A DNA stretch of 64,000 bases from Candidatus Bathyarchaeota archaeon (GCA_963733055.1 CAVTBR010000002.1:32001-96000); one strand, 5' to 3'; shown: positions 51,296-61,987, counted from the first letter of the stretch. Made by a program: numbers and translations. The notes: a model not told the origin generated them from the sequence alone.

Positions 51296-51974
51296 ACCAC
51301 ATGAGAGGTTTGAGGGCGTCTACTGGGTCACCCTTGAAGACCATAGTAGGCGTTTGGCGACAAAGAACCTAGCGCCAACAGTTAGTGTTTATGGCGAGAG
51401 GCTAGTGAGCGACGGTGAATCGGAGTACCGTACGTGGGATGCCTACAGGAGTAAACTCTCAGCCGCGATACTTCGGCACCTAGACACTTTACCGATTCGG
51501 TTCGGCACGACGGTGCTATACTTAGGATCCGCTTCTGGAACGACCGCCAGCCACGTGAGCGACATTGTTGGAAACAATGGGCGGGTTTACTGTGTGGAGT
51601 TTGCTCAGAGAAGCATGCGCGAGCTAATCGACACCCTATGTGAACATCGCTCAAACGTCTACCCTGTTCTAGCCGACGCTCGACTCCCCGAAAAATACAA
51701 GTCCATTGTAGGTCAGGTTGAGGTGATCTATTCCGACGTCGCTCAACCGGAACAGGCGAAAATCCTTGCGGACAACGCGGATCTTTTTCTGAAACCGAGT
51801 GGAGCGGCCCTTATTGCAATCAAGTCGAGAAGCGTCGACGTCACAATGGAACCGACCGACGTTTTCAAACAGGAAATAGAAATTCTTCGTCACAGACATT
51901 TCAACATGATTCAAACAGTTCGCCTTGAACCTTACGAGAAAGACCACGCCTTAGTCTATCTGACCAAAGGGTAA
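51279..51974 (+). CDS. flpA: Fibrillarin-like 2'-O-methyltransferase
   Basis: RSKL, LYLGSASGTT.SH and DVAQP motifs. Confidence 0.96.
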   Translation: MHADVKPHERFEGVYWVTLEDHSRRLATKNLAPTVSVYGERLVSDGESEYRTWDAYRSKLSAAILRHLDTLPIRFGTTVLYLGSASGTTASHVSDIVGNNGRVYCVEFAQRSMRELIDTLCEHRSNVYPVLADARLPEKYKSIVGQVEVIYSDVAQPEQAKILADNADLFLKPSGAALIAIKSRSVDVTMEPTDVFKQEIEILRHRHFNMIQTVRLEPYEKDHALVYLTKG

Positions 51975-51979
51975 GTTAG

Positions 51980-52465
51980 ATGTTCAACTCAAAGAGCACG
52001 TTAGAAAGGACATTCGACGCCCTCCTAGGCCGCGAACTCAGAAAACTCAACACCCATCTACCGAAACAACGGAGAACCCTGAAGGAACTACTAGCCGAAG
52101 AGAACCCAACGATTCCTACGGTGGACGGCTCTTCCATCGTCTTGAACAAATCGGAGATAGAAGAATTATCGAAGATCGTTCCCACGGCGTATCACGGAAA
52201 CCTGAAACTGCCCTTCATCGTTCTGCGAAGAATGGAGCTCGGGAAGTCCGTGTACACGATCTCAGGCGACAGGGTTGAAGAATTCACTATGAAGAAAATC
52301 TTAGGCAGAACAACTGAAGGCTATCATTCCATGTATTCGGATCATGATCCACTCTTCCTTTACAGGCCTGACGTCAGCGAGCTGATTCGAAGATTCCACA
52401 CCCTAGTAGTCATAGGGTTCGGAGTGCCCAAGGAACTGTCCGACTACGGGCCGAACCGAGTCTGA
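51980..52465 (+). CDS. DUF61 family protein
   Basis: LNTHLP..R.TL.ELL pattern. Confidence 0.7.
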   Translation: MFNSKSTLERTFDALLGRELRKLNTHLPKQRRTLKELLAEENPTIPTVDGSSIVLNKSEIEELSKIVPTAYHGNLKLPFIVLRRMELGKSVYTISGDRVEEFTMKKILGRTTEGYHSMYSDHDPLFLYRPDVSELIRRFHTLVVIGFGVPKELSDYGPNRV

Positions 52466-53118
52466 CCAATTTCAGCCTCAATCTCCTTTATCGTCTTCCA
52501 GGATTGACGAACGATTGGTGGGTAGTCGGCATGAGTTCGTCGCCATTCTCGAAGGAAAGCCATCGTTTTGGGGTCGGTCATGTACCCGGAGCCAAAGTCG
52601 CCGTAACGGCTACGGAGATCTTCGATAGCGGCATCTCTCCTCACCTTGGCTATGATACTCGAAGCTGAAACTACGGGGTACGTCCTGTCAGCGTGGTGTT
52701 CGGAGAAGATCTTTATTCCCTTCAAGTTCACAGGAAGGAATTCACGAATGTTCTCTGCGTACCTCGCTTCGTTTACATCCGATGCGTCTACGAATGCTTC
52801 CTCAGGCTCTAATTGACCAATAACCTGAGCCATCATTCTTGCCTCAAGAAAATTCAGTCTCCTAAGTCGCCCCCCGTGCAAGACGAAATCATCTATCTCG
52901 TTTGGCTGCGCCTCGACAAAAGTGATCTTGGTCGCGAAGCTTCGGATCTTCGCATCCAGCTTGGTCCGGGATTCGGGCGTAAGTAATTTCGAATCTCTAA
53001 CGCCCATAGCCCTAAGTTCTTGTTGAGCATCATCCGGGATCAGTACTGCGGCGATAACAAGTGGGCCTATGATTGGGCCTCGCCCGGCATCGTCAACACC
53101 AGCTATGAGTTTGGCCAC
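52444..53118 (-). CDS. rnhB: Ribonuclease HII
   Basis: GVDDAGRGP, DSK, AKV.RD and GSGY motifs. Confidence 0.95.
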   Translation of the reverse strand: MAKLIAGVDDAGRGPIIGPLVIAAVLIPDDAQQELRAMGVRDSKLLTPESRTKLDAKIRSFATKITFVEAQPNEIDDFVLHGGRLRRLNFLEARMMAQVIGQLEPEEAFVDASDVNEARYAENIREFLPVNLKGIKIFSEHHADRTYPVVSASSIIAKVRRDAAIEDLRSRYGDFGSGYMTDPKTMAFLREWRRTHADYPPIVRQSWKTIKEIEAEIGQTRFGP

Positions 53119-53187
53119 GGTGTGTACGACCTGTGGGAGTAAGCACGCAGTCCAGAAGTTAATAGTTGCGACACCTGCGCTACTATC

Positions 53188-53721
53188 ATGGAGCCTCAGC
53201 GTCTGTTTCTCACTGGGGAGCCTGGATCTGGGAAAACAACCACAGTGACGAAGACGGTGGGGCTGCTAATCCAGCGCGGTGTTAGTGTAGGCGGCGTGGT
53301 ATCGGGAGAGTTACGCGAGGCGGGTATACGTGTCGGCTTCAGCCTAGAGGATTTAGCAATGCATGAAAAGGGAACCCTCGCACATGTTGACATGAGGGAA
53401 GGGCCGCGAATTGGCAAATATCGAGTAAATCTTGAGGATATTGAACGAATTGGAGTCGGATCTATTGAGACTGCAGTTAGGGATTCGGAGGTCATAGTAG
53501 TTGACGAGTTGGGTCCGATGGAACTTTTCAGCGTCCCATTAGTCCGAGCGGTTGAAAAGGGCTTGGCGTCCCGGAAGCATTTTCTCGGAACTATTCATAA
53601 ACGAGTCTCACACCCGCTTACCTCGTCCATAAGGTCAAAATTCACGATCCTAGAAATCACCCCAGAAAATCGGGATAGGATGCCAACGGAGATTGCGGAA
53701 AGAATTACCTCTAACAGGTAA
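53188..53721 (+). CDS. THEP1/NTPCR-family NTPase
   Basis: GEPGSGKT, RIGKY and VDELGPME motifs. Confidence 0.9.
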   Translation: MEPQRLFLTGEPGSGKTTTVTKTVGLLIQRGVSVGGVVSGELREAGIRVGFSLEDLAMHEKGTLAHVDMREGPRIGKYRVNLEDIERIGVGSIETAVRDSEVIVVDELGPMELFSVPLVRAVEKGLASRKHFLGTIHKRVSHPLTSSIRSKFTILEITPENRDRMPTEIAERITSNR

Positions 53722-54892
53722 AACCCCTACACCCTCGCCCACGGGCCATCCTGATGTGGTGGTGGAAGGAAAGGCGCGTGTGCAGTTCTCCTCTCGCTAT
53801 AGTAACGTGTTCTACAATCCTAAGATGAGTTTTAACCGCGACCTCGCAATTCTATTTGTTATCTCATACTTCCCGAAAGAGAGGTTGCTTCGGCTATGCG
53901 ATCCTATGGCCGGCTCCGGCGTTAGGGCGGTCCGTTACGCATTAGAAGCCTCCAATGTTGCTAGCGTCGTCGCTGTCGACAGGCAACCGGAAGCGGCGGA
54001 ATTGGCTCGGGAAACTGTTCGCTTGAACAACGTGGAGAACAAAATATCCGTCATCGAAGCCGACGCATTCACGCTGCTTGCAGAGAATCCGCGCGAGAGG
54101 TTCGACCTCATCGACTTGGACCCTTTCGGTTCTCCGTCCCCGTTCCTCGAATCCGCTCTACGAGCAACCGAGAACGGTGGAGTTTTGACGGCCACGGCAA
54201 CAGATATGGGACCTCTTTGTGGAGCTCGGCCACGTGCCTGCAAACGCAAATACGGTGTCGACTCGATCAGGGTTGAGTTTGAGAAGGAAGTCGCTCTCAG
54301 AGCTTTGGCTAGCGCTGTGGCGACCACTGCGGCCAAACTGGAGCTTGGTGTTCGCCTCGCATTCTCGCACGCAACCGACCACTACGGGCGTTTGTATGCT
54401 ACTGTGATTAAGGGAAGGAAAGCAGCGAATGAATCCCTAGCTAACCTAGGGTTTGTCACTCATTGTTCCGCCTGCCTAACCCGAACTACTACGTCATTCC
54501 TCTCTTCAATCCATGGGGAATGCGGGAGCTGTGGATCCCGGACCTCAGTTGGTGGGCCATTCTGGCTTGGCCCACTCTGGGACCGAGAGACGGTTGAAAG
54601 AATGATTCAACACACACCCCTCCTCCTTTCGACGCGATTTTCAGAAATCCAGAAAACGCTCAGCTATATAGAGGGTGAACTTGACTTCCCACCGTTCTAC
54701 TACACGACAGATTCGGCTGCCGCCGCTTTTCGAACGAAACCTCCTCCAATCTCGACCCTCCTCTCTTCGCTTCGTGAGAACGGGTATCGGGCGTCGAGAA
54801 CACATTTCAACCCTTGCGGCTTTCGCACCGATGCCCCAATCCCACAAATAGCTTCCTTATTCCGCCCGTTCACCGATGAACCCAAGTCCTAG
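53693..54892 (+). CDS. trm1: tRNA (guanine26-N2)-dimethyltransferase
   Basis: VFYNP, DLDPFGSP, TATD, GP.W.GPL and RTHF motifs. Confidence 0.95.
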   Translation: MRKELPLTGKTPTPSPTGHPDVVVEGKARVQFSSRYSNVFYNPKMSFNRDLAILFVISYFPKERLLRLCDPMAGSGVRAVRYALEASNVASVVAVDRQPEAAELARETVRLNNVENKISVIEADAFTLLAENPRERFDLIDLDPFGSPSPFLESALRATENGGVLTATATDMGPLCGARPRACKRKYGVDSIRVEFEKEVALRALASAVATTAAKLELGVRLAFSHATDHYGRLYATVIKGRKAANESLANLGFVTHCSACLTRTTTSFLSSIHGECGSCGSRTSVGGPFWLGPLWDRETVERMIQHTPLLLSTRFSEIQKTLSYIEGELDFPPFYYTTDSAAAAFRTKPPPISTLLSSLRENGYRASRTHFNPCGFRTDAPIPQIASLFRPFTDEPKS

Positions 54893-55477
54893 AAAGTATA
54901 GCTCCGCACTCTCCGCCCGACTTGCCGGAGGTTTTACAATCCTAAACTCATCAAACAGGGACCGCATGTGATCTCGGAACTCCCTTACCTCCGACCCCTG
55001 GAATACCTTAACGAGCATGTTTCCCCCGATTCGAAGCAACGCACCCCCCACCCTAACCGCACACCTAGCCAACTCAATCTGCCTGGCGTGATCTACGTCC
55101 CAAACCCCAGAAACATTTGGGGCGAGGTCGGAGAGAACCGCGTCAAAGCTTGGACCGGCTTCTTTCCTGATCTCGTCGACGATCTCAGACTTGGTTATGT
55201 CGCCGACCATAGTCGAAACATTCCTAAACGGCAAGGTGGCGATGTCTTGTATGTCGACTCCGAATACGAACCCGCCGTTACCGACCACCTGGTGAGCTGC
55301 CTGCAACCACCCACCGGGTGCAGCACCAAAATCCAGAACCCAGTCCCCGGCTTTGATGAAACGGTATTTCTTGGTTATCTGCAGTAGCTTGAACGAAGCT
55401 CTACTACGGAAACCCCTGGCCTTGGCGAGGCGGTGAAATTGGTCCCTTTTATGCTGACGTAACCATTCACTCGGCAC
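54857..55477 (-). CDS. rlmE: 23S rRNA Um2552 methyltransferase
   Basis: RSRA.FKL, GAAPGGW, SD.AP and KVFQG motifs. Confidence 0.93.
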   Translation of the reverse strand: MPSEWLRQHKRDQFHRLAKARGFRSRASFKLLQITKKYRFIKAGDWVLDFGAAPGGWLQAAHQVVGNGGFVFGVDIQDIATLPFRNVSTMVGDITKSEIVDEIRKEAGPSFDAVLSDLAPNVSGVWDVDHARQIELARCAVRVGGALLRIGGNMLVKVFQGSEVREFRDHMRSLFDEFRIVKPPASRAESAELYFLGLGFIGERAE

Positions 55478-55850
55478 TTTTTGCTACCGCTTTGGCAGAT
55501 TCTGCGACGCTGTGCATCCACTTGGTAAGGTTCTCGCATTTGTTTGCGTTCATTATCCACGACTGAGGGCAGTTTCCAACGAGGTCACAGAACGCGCAAG
55601 GAATGTCAACTATCGAATCGATCGTTGAGTAGCGCCTTTTCGCGAAAACCCTGTAAGTCCATCGACCATCGTGAAGTTCCTTCTTCCTTGCAATCAGCCC
55701 TTTCTTCTCAAGCCGCAGGATTGCCCTCGATCCTTCGCGGCTGTCCGCTGTTAGTTTCCTCCATAAGTCGGATTGAAGGATGCCCATATCGCCGAGTTCC
55801 ATGACTATTCGTAGAACGTCCTGTTCGGTGGGTCCTTTCCTCGGCATCAA
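55467..55850 (-). CDS. TFE beta-like (Rpc34/C39 homolog): winged helix plus 4-Cys Fe-S domain
   Basis: GILQSDLW.KL..SR..LEKKGLI.R followed by PCAFC...C...C.NL..W. Confidence 0.75.
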   Translation of the reverse strand: MMPRKGPTEQDVLRIVMELGDMGILQSDLWRKLTADSREGSRAILRLEKKGLIARKKELHDGRWTYRVFAKRRYSTIDSIVDIPCAFCDLVGNCPQSWIMNANKCENLTKWMHSVAESAKAVAKSAE

Positions 55851-55975
55851 AAACCTTCCAGAATTAAACTAACTATTCAGAATTCTTTGAAATTGCGCAT
55901 CATTCCATTTAAAGGTTGAATATCATTCCCAAAATTGGCTCGTTAACCCGGCCGCCACTCAACGCGAAAGCAGAG

Positions 55976-56320
55976 TCAGGTAATCCGTGCGCCGTTTGCT
56001 ATCTCGCGGTCGGTTGTGAGAAGCGCGAGCTTAGATTCGTGTTCCGCTGCGAGCAACATGCCTTGGGAAACTTCGCCTGAAAATTTTGTGGGTTTAAGGT
56101 TGTAGAGAAAGACCACTTTTCGTCCAAGCAGTTCGTTTGGCTCGTAGTATCCTACGAGGCTTGACAGGGTCTGTCGAACGCCTAAAGGGCCTAGGTCCAC
56201 GAGTATTCGGTAGAGTTTCTCAGTTCTTGGGACGCGGTCTACTTGGGTTACCGTGCCGACCCTCGCGTCGACCTTCTTGAATTCGTCAAAACTGATTTCG
56301 ACGGTTGGCTCATCGCTCAT
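55976..56320 (-). CDS. tRNA-binding OB-fold protein (Trbp111/MetRS C-terminal-like)
   Basis: F.KVD.RVG, NLKP and SQGMLLA motifs. Confidence 0.88.
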   Translation of the reverse strand: MSDEPTVEISFDEFKKVDARVGTVTQVDRVPRTEKLYRILVDLGPLGVRQTLSSLVGYYEPNELLGRKVVFLYNLKPTKFSGEVSQGMLLAAEHESKLALLTTDREIANGARIT

Positions 56321-56339
56321 AACAAATCACCCAATCACT

Positions 56340-57596
56340 TCAAACATGATCCAGTCCTTCGGATAAGTCAGTAATCAGATCTTCGATGTCTTCGAGACCC
56401 ACTGACAATCTAATCAACGAGTCGGTTACTCCGATCCGTTCCCTCTCTTCTTTCGGCACGGAGGCATGGGTCATCGAACTAGGATGCTCGATTAGTGATT
56501 CGACTCCGCCCAAGCTTTCCGCGACCGTGAAAACCTTCACGTTCTTCAGCAGTTTCTTGCAGGCCTCGAAATCCCCCTTCAAACGGAAGCTGACCATCCC
56601 GCCGGGCCCGCTCATCTGTTTCTCAGCAAGAGAATGTTGCGGATGCGACGCGAGGCCGGGATAAATGACGGTTTCGACCTTCAGATGTCTCTCCAGAAAC
56701 TCCGCGATCTTCTGGGCGTTTGCACAGTGCCTATCCATTCTCAGTGAAAGCGTCTTGATGCCTCGCAACGCGAGCCAACAATCGAACGGCCCCGGGATTG
56801 CTCCGGCGGCATTTTGAGCAAAGTGCACCTTCTCATAGAGCGCGGGATCCGATAGCGCGGCCGCACCACCAACCAGGTCGCTGTGTCCGCCAAGATATTT
56901 GGTAGTGCTGTGAAGAACTATGTCGGCTCCAAGCCTCAGGGGCTGTTGAAGGTAAGGGCTCATGAACGTGTTATCGACGACAAGCACTGCATTGTGCTCA
57001 TGAGCGGATTTGGCTGCTGCTTGTATGTCGATGATTTGTAATAGCGGATTAGTTGGCGTCTCGACCCACACGATCTTTGTCTTGGGCCTAATTGCGTCAT
57101 GGAAATCCTTGGCATCGGAGCCCTTAACGTATGTGAACTGAACTCCGAAGTTCTTCATTATGCGGTCGAAAAAGCGTCGCGTGCCCCCGTAAAGGTCCTG
57201 AACGGCTACAACATGATCCCCCTCGTTAAGCAAGCTCAGAGATACCGTCGTTATCGCTGCCATGCCTGAACCGAACGCCAGCCCATACGCTCCCTCTTCA
57301 AGAGATGCGAGAGCTTTCTCGAGTGCATCGCGGGTTGGATTGCCAGTTCTGGCATAAACGTACTCTCCTTCGACTCCGGGCTCCCTTTGACGAAAGGTGG
57401 ACACTTGATAGATTGGAACCGTAACTGCCCCAGCTTCATCTTCCAAGCGATCCCCAGCATGAATCGACCTAGTAGAAAACCTCAAGACACCACATCTCAA
57501 CTCGGAAAGTACCTTAACGGTGCATAAACCTTCCACCATTGGCTGAGTTTCACGGGTGTGGTCCACCCTGTCATCAGGAGGCCACATCAGACACAT
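56340..57596 (-). CDS. Cystathionine gamma-synthase/lyase family (true start probably later)
   Basis: YARTGNPT, ETPTNP, DNTF, HSTTKYLGGHSD and SLGGVESL motifs. Confidence 0.93.
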   Translation of the reverse strand: MCLMWPPDDRVDHTRETQPMVEGLCTVKVLSELRCGVLRFSTRSIHAGDRLEDEAGAVTVPIYQVSTFRQREPGVEGEYVYARTGNPTRDALEKALASLEEGAYGLAFGSGMAAITTVSLSLLNEGDHVVAVQDLYGGTRRFFDRIMKNFGVQFTYVKGSDAKDFHDAIRPKTKIVWVETPTNPLLQIIDIQAAAKSAHEHNAVLVVDNTFMSPYLQQPLRLGADIVLHSTTKYLGGHSDLVGGAAALSDPALYEKVHFAQNAAGAIPGPFDCWLALRGIKTLSLRMDRHCANAQKIAEFLERHLKVETVIYPGLASHPQHSLAEKQMSGPGGMVSFRLKGDFEACKKLLKNVKVFTVAESLGGVESLIEHPSSMTHASVPKEERERIGVTDSLIRLSVGLEDIEDLITDLSEGLDHV

Positions 57597-57856
57597 GCTA
57601 ACTACTGCACCACTAGATCTAGAAGGCAGCCGACCTGCTTCAAAGGGAAACCTCGCCCTTCTAGGTTGCTGTCTAGAGTCCGTTCAAATTGATTTGTACG
57701 ATTCCCGCCCGAAAAACAACCTGACTGCAAGTTCACATTCCGATTGGCATTATCGACGATTTTGGTTCTTGGATCGACGTGAACAGTCAACTGGCATCGA
57801 AATTTCATGGAAGCTTTATTACCGGTACGGCTTCGACATTAGGGCGGTGGGATTGT

Positions 57857-58099
57857 TTGGCGATTAAACGAAAAGCGAAGAAAGGTCCGAAGAAGAAAGC
57901 GAAACGAACCGGCAAGAAGAAGACCAAAGCAAGAAAGAAGACTTCCAAACCAGCTCCTATGATGAGACCGGAGCCAATGCCCGAACCCGTGGTCCAGCCG
58001 CCACCTGTGCCTGAAGTTCAACCCCCAACCGAGACACCACCGACCCCCGAGTCGACGCAACCCAGCACTTCCCAAAGCGAAACAACACCCAGTCAATAA
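57857..58099 (+). CDS. Small low-complexity protein with Lys-rich head and Pro/Glu/Thr-rich tail
   Basis: TTG start after GGCGGTGG; MAIKRKAKKGPKKKAK...PEPMPEP... Confidence 0.7.
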   Translation: MAIKRKAKKGPKKKAKRTGKKKTKARKKTSKPAPMMRPEPMPEPVVQPPPVPEVQPPTETPPTPESTQPSTSQSETTPSQ

Positions 58100-58237
58100 C
58101 CCCCGATCGAAGCGGACCTCGTCTAAAGAGGCGTAGCTATGCTTCGCAACCATTCTAACTATTGCGGGGCGTAGAAGAGACGCCAGCCTGTAACCGTCAG
58201 CCCAGCGATGATCTGAATTTTGTATTGGCCAAGATTG

Positions 58238-58699
58238 TCATTTGACAACAAGCGTGGCACATTTTGCGTGATGGCAGATTTTATCCGAAACACTACCCAG
58301 CAGAAAAGCACGCACCTCAGTCAGTCCTCTGCTGCCCACGACAATTAGATCTGAACCCTCAGCGTGTGCGCATTTGACGATCTCGTCGGCTGGGACGCCC
58401 TGCACGATTTTGCATTCGCACTTAATCCCTTGTTGCTTCGCATAGTCCTCAGCCTTCCTGATTATCTGTTCACCCTCGGTTTCCATCTCTTTCACAAATA
58501 CTGTAGTCGCCAAGACTCCCGCCTCAGACGGAGTGACGGCATAGAATCGGCGAAGGACGACATGAATGATGGTCAATCTCGCGCCGTATTTTTTCGTCAA
58601 ATCCGAGGCGTAGCTCAGAGCTTTTTCCGCAAAAGGTGAACCGTCGACAGCGACAAGAATCCTCGAGAACATACCGGTCTGAGGGAGAATGGATTCCAA
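58238..58699 (-). CDS. Universal stress protein
   Basis: ILVAVDGS and GSRG..LLGSVS motifs. Confidence 0.92.
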   Translation of the reverse strand: MESILPQTGMFSRILVAVDGSPFAEKALSYASDLTKKYGARLTIIHVVLRRFYAVTPSEAGVLATTVFVKEMETEGEQIIRKAEDYAKQQGIKCECKIVQGVPADEIVKCAHAEGSDLIVVGSRGLTEVRAFLLGSVSDKICHHAKCATLVVK

Positions 58700-58777
58700 G
58701 TTAGCTATAACGTATTCTAAACCAATCTTGACGCAGGCCCAGTCAGGTTGTGTCGAGTCCGCCTAGCCGTTGCTCAA

Positions 58778-58921
58778 TCATCGTTTGGTCACAGGTTCGA
58801 CTATGATCTTCGTTCCTTCTAGGGAGATGAAGAGCGGCTGACCTTTCTGCCATTTCAGTCTTTCAACCATCTCTCGTGGAATGGTTATCCTGAACTGCTC
58901 TCTGAATCCTTGCAAACGCAC
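58778..58921 (-). CDS. AbrB/MazE-like protein (47 aa, below the ORF track cutoff)
   Basis: MRLQGFREQFRITIPREMVERLKWQKGQPL... Confidence 0.75.
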   Translation of the reverse strand: MRLQGFREQFRITIPREMVERLKWQKGQPLFISLEGTKIIVEPVTKR

Positions 58922-59172
58922 AATTTCTAGGTTCTGCGACAACGCTGTGACCTTTAAGAGGCTTGAGGAGGCATTATATGCCTAATGAGGCTTACGAAAG
59001 CTTATATATACTAAGAATACTAATCAGTACTCTTGAGGACTAAATTCTTGGACACTTCAGAGTATTACAGAGACGCATCAGGATTCTGGAAGATGAAATC
59101 ACCCAAACGCAGACGTATTGTGCATCTTTAGCACCCTGCGCAGCAGGTATTTTGACCTATTCCGTGTAGGGG

Positions 59173-60942
59173 CTACGCTTCTGTTTCTATTCTCTTGAGC
59201 TGTTTCTTGTACATTCCAAGCGCTTCGTCGGTGCTCGTCGCGTCTTCCGGATTCTTGTCCTTTCTCCACTTCCCGGTAAACCTCGGAAACCTCAATGCCA
59301 GTCCGCTCTCGGGCCTAATCGCCCCCCTGGCACACGTGTGAAGTGGCGAGAGAGTGATTTCATCCGTGGCTACCTCAAGAACTAGGGAGGGTGTGAACCA
59401 GACATCGGGGTTCATCAGTGAGTTGACGCGCGGATTTCTGTGGGTTGACAGGGTCCCCTCCGTAATCTTCGGTAAAGTGACAAGATCCTCGTCCGTGAAT
59501 CCTGATCCCAACTTGCAAATCGTTTCGAAAGCTTCTTCCTTCGGATTGTACACGGCCATTAGTAATGCGCCGTACCAGCCCGCTCGCCTTCCTCTTCCAG
59601 CATAGGCGCCAACGGGAACTAGATCGAAGGTGTCCTGTACCTCGGCTTTGTAGGAGCGCTTGTATTTTATCCAGAGCCATCCCCGAGCTCCCGCTTGGTA
59701 GACGGACTGTTGCGAGGTACTCTTCACGACGAGTCCCTCGCATCCAGCGGCAACGGCTTCGTCCATTAGCCGCTCTAACTTGCGCCCATCGTTGACCAAA
59801 GTTTGTTGGGCGATGAATACTCTATCCGAAGCCTTGACAGTTTCAACGAGTTCTTTGCGCCTGTCGAGGTAGGGTAGTTGCGTAAGGTCTCGTCCATCTC
59901 GGTAGAGGATATCAAATAGGAAGACGCTTACCGGGATTTCGCCGGCCATTTTGCTGATCTCGTATTTTCTTCCGTGACGTTGGGAGATCACTTGAAATGG
60001 TAGAAGGTCGCCCGTGTTAGGATCCGCGGCCACACATTCGCCTTCAACGATGGCTTCCTCGGTGCGGATACTCTTGCGAAGGTTTTCCGCCACGTCGGGG
60101 AACTGTTCGGTAATGTTCTCTAAACGCCTTGAGAAAAGATGGAAGCCTTTGGCAGATAGGTGTGCTTGGATTCGGAGTCCGTCGTATTTGTACTCAGCGG
60201 CCCCTTCCCCTCCGAGTTTTGCAAGTATGCCCTGCGCGTCCGGTAGGCGTTCGCACAACATCGGCCTAATCGGTCGCCCGACGCTGATTTTGAAACTAGC
60301 GAGGCCACTTAACCCGTTCCTTGCTAGAACTTCAGCCACGTAACCCAAGTCCGATGAAAGGTTGTAGGCTCGCTCAAGGGGCTCCCTCGCCGTTTTATCG
60401 CCGCCATACGCGACGGCGAGCGCGTCGAGAACCGTCATGTCGGCAACACCCAGGCGGAGTTTGCCCACGGCCATTCGCCCGATGTACTTTGCTTCCGTTG
60501 GTTTGGCCTCGTTCAGAATGCTTGTCAAGAGGCGTACCTTCATTTCAACGGAACCCGAACCTCCCGCGTGCGCGATCTTGTCGAACGTGCCGTAGACCGA
60601 TTCCACCGTCAGCAGCCGTTTGGATAGAGTGGTTTGCGATCGTTTCTGGACAAGTTTCTCGATCGTGCTACCAAGATCGCCAGTTTTCTTGAAGTCCGCT
60701 TCAATTGCTTTCTCGGTGCGCCCTGTAACCTGAGCGACCGATTTCATGAGGAGTTTCTCAGCCAGGCCAAGTTCGACGCCTTCATAGTCCGGATACAACT
60801 TGCCTTGGATGAGGTAAACTACCTTGCTCAGCTCCTCCTTCGGAGTCTTCTTGATAAGATCAACGAGGAAGCTAGTCATCTCCAACCGTTTTGTGGTAGA
60901 GTCAATCTTCTCAAACGCATTCGCGAGTTCAATGAACTTCAA
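59173..60942 (-). CDS. lig: ATP-dependent DNA ligase
   Basis: EYKYDG, EGLVVK, WIKYK and LRFPR motifs. Confidence 0.97.
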   Translation of the reverse strand: MKFIELANAFEKIDSTTKRLEMTSFLVDLIKKTPKEELSKVVYLIQGKLYPDYEGVELGLAEKLLMKSVAQVTGRTEKAIEADFKKTGDLGSTIEKLVQKRSQTTLSKRLLTVESVYGTFDKIAHAGGSGSVEMKVRLLTSILNEAKPTEAKYIGRMAVGKLRLGVADMTVLDALAVAYGGDKTAREPLERAYNLSSDLGYVAEVLARNGLSGLASFKISVGRPIRPMLCERLPDAQGILAKLGGEGAAEYKYDGLRIQAHLSAKGFHLFSRRLENITEQFPDVAENLRKSIRTEEAIVEGECVAADPNTGDLLPFQVISQRHGRKYEISKMAGEIPVSVFLFDILYRDGRDLTQLPYLDRRKELVETVKASDRVFIAQQTLVNDGRKLERLMDEAVAAGCEGLVVKSTSQQSVYQAGARGWLWIKYKRSYKAEVQDTFDLVPVGAYAGRGRRAGWYGALLMAVYNPKEEAFETICKLGSGFTDEDLVTLPKITEGTLSTHRNPRVNSLMNPDVWFTPSLVLEVATDEITLSPLHTCARGAIRPESGLALRFPRFTGKWRKDKNPEDATSTDEALGMYKKQLKRIETEA

Positions 60943-61135
60943 CTAAGCCACCCCCACTACCAAACTGAAAGATTGAGACAAAGGCATGAGTGAAATCACG
61001 GATATTAGCCGTTTGCGTAAGCAAGTAGGGTTTTGATCTCACGGCCAACCAAGGGAACGGAAATCCCGCAATCGTGAAATAAACGACTCCGTCACTTCCT
61101 GCTAACCATAGTTTGACTTCAATGGCGAGATTAGA

Positions 61136-61987
61136 ATGACCGCAAAACTACCGGCTCGGCTGTATTTTGGCTGCGCCGGCTGGTCGTACAAGGAATGGGT
61201 CGGGCCATTGTATAATGGCGAAAAATCCATGCTTCAACAGTACGCGTCAGTCTTCGACACTGTCGAATTGAATTCTTCATTCTACAGGGCGCCGAGCGAG
61301 GGGACGATATTAGGCTTGACCAAGTATACGAAGCGTGGTTTCATGTTTAGCGCCAAAATCAATCAAAAGTACACCCACGATCTCGCCCTGAAGCTCGACA
61401 AAGCCAGCACTTCGGAGTTGGAGGACTTCGTGCAACTGTTTGACCCCCTTCTCACCCAAGACCGCCTTGGTTGTTTCCTTGTACAGTTACCTCCATCCCT
61501 CAAAAGAGACGACCGACTCTTGGAAGACTTCTTAGCCGCTCTTCCGCACCGATACAACTACGTGGTGGAATTTCGAAACAAGTCCTGGATGGATGACCCG
61601 ACATGGAGGATTCTAGCGAAATACCAGGCTGCATACTGTATCGTAGATGAGCCTCTTCTGCCTCCGGAGATCCATGTTACATCAGACATAGGGTACATCC
61701 GGTGGCATGGGCATGGCGAGAGACCGTGGTATGATTATCGGTACACGCAAGGTCAGCTTCAGGAATGGATCCCGAAGATCAAAGAGGTACAAGAGAACAC
61801 GAAGAAGACTTTCGCCATATTCAACAACCATTTCCATGGGTACGCACCCGAGAACTGCCTTCAAACCATGCAGATGCTTGGAATCGCTAGTCCTACTCAG
61901 CTTAAGACAATGAAGCGGGTACAAAGTCACATTGAAAGGGGATTGGCTGGGCTACCCCCAGCTGGCACGCTAGACGAGTACGCTTAG
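61136..61987 (+). CDS. DUF72 family protein
   Basis: GWSY, VELNSSFY, QLPPS, EFR and RWHG motifs. Confidence 0.9.
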   Translation: MTAKLPARLYFGCAGWSYKEWVGPLYNGEKSMLQQYASVFDTVELNSSFYRAPSEGTILGLTKYTKRGFMFSAKINQKYTHDLALKLDKASTSELEDFVQLFDPLLTQDRLGCFLVQLPPSLKRDDRLLEDFLAALPHRYNYVVEFRNKSWMDDPTWRILAKYQAAYCIVDEPLLPPEIHVTSDIGYIRWHGHGERPWYDYRYTQGQLQEWIPKIKEVQENTKKTFAIFNNHFHGYAPENCLQTMQMLGIASPTQLKTMKRVQSHIERGLAGLPPAGTLDEYA

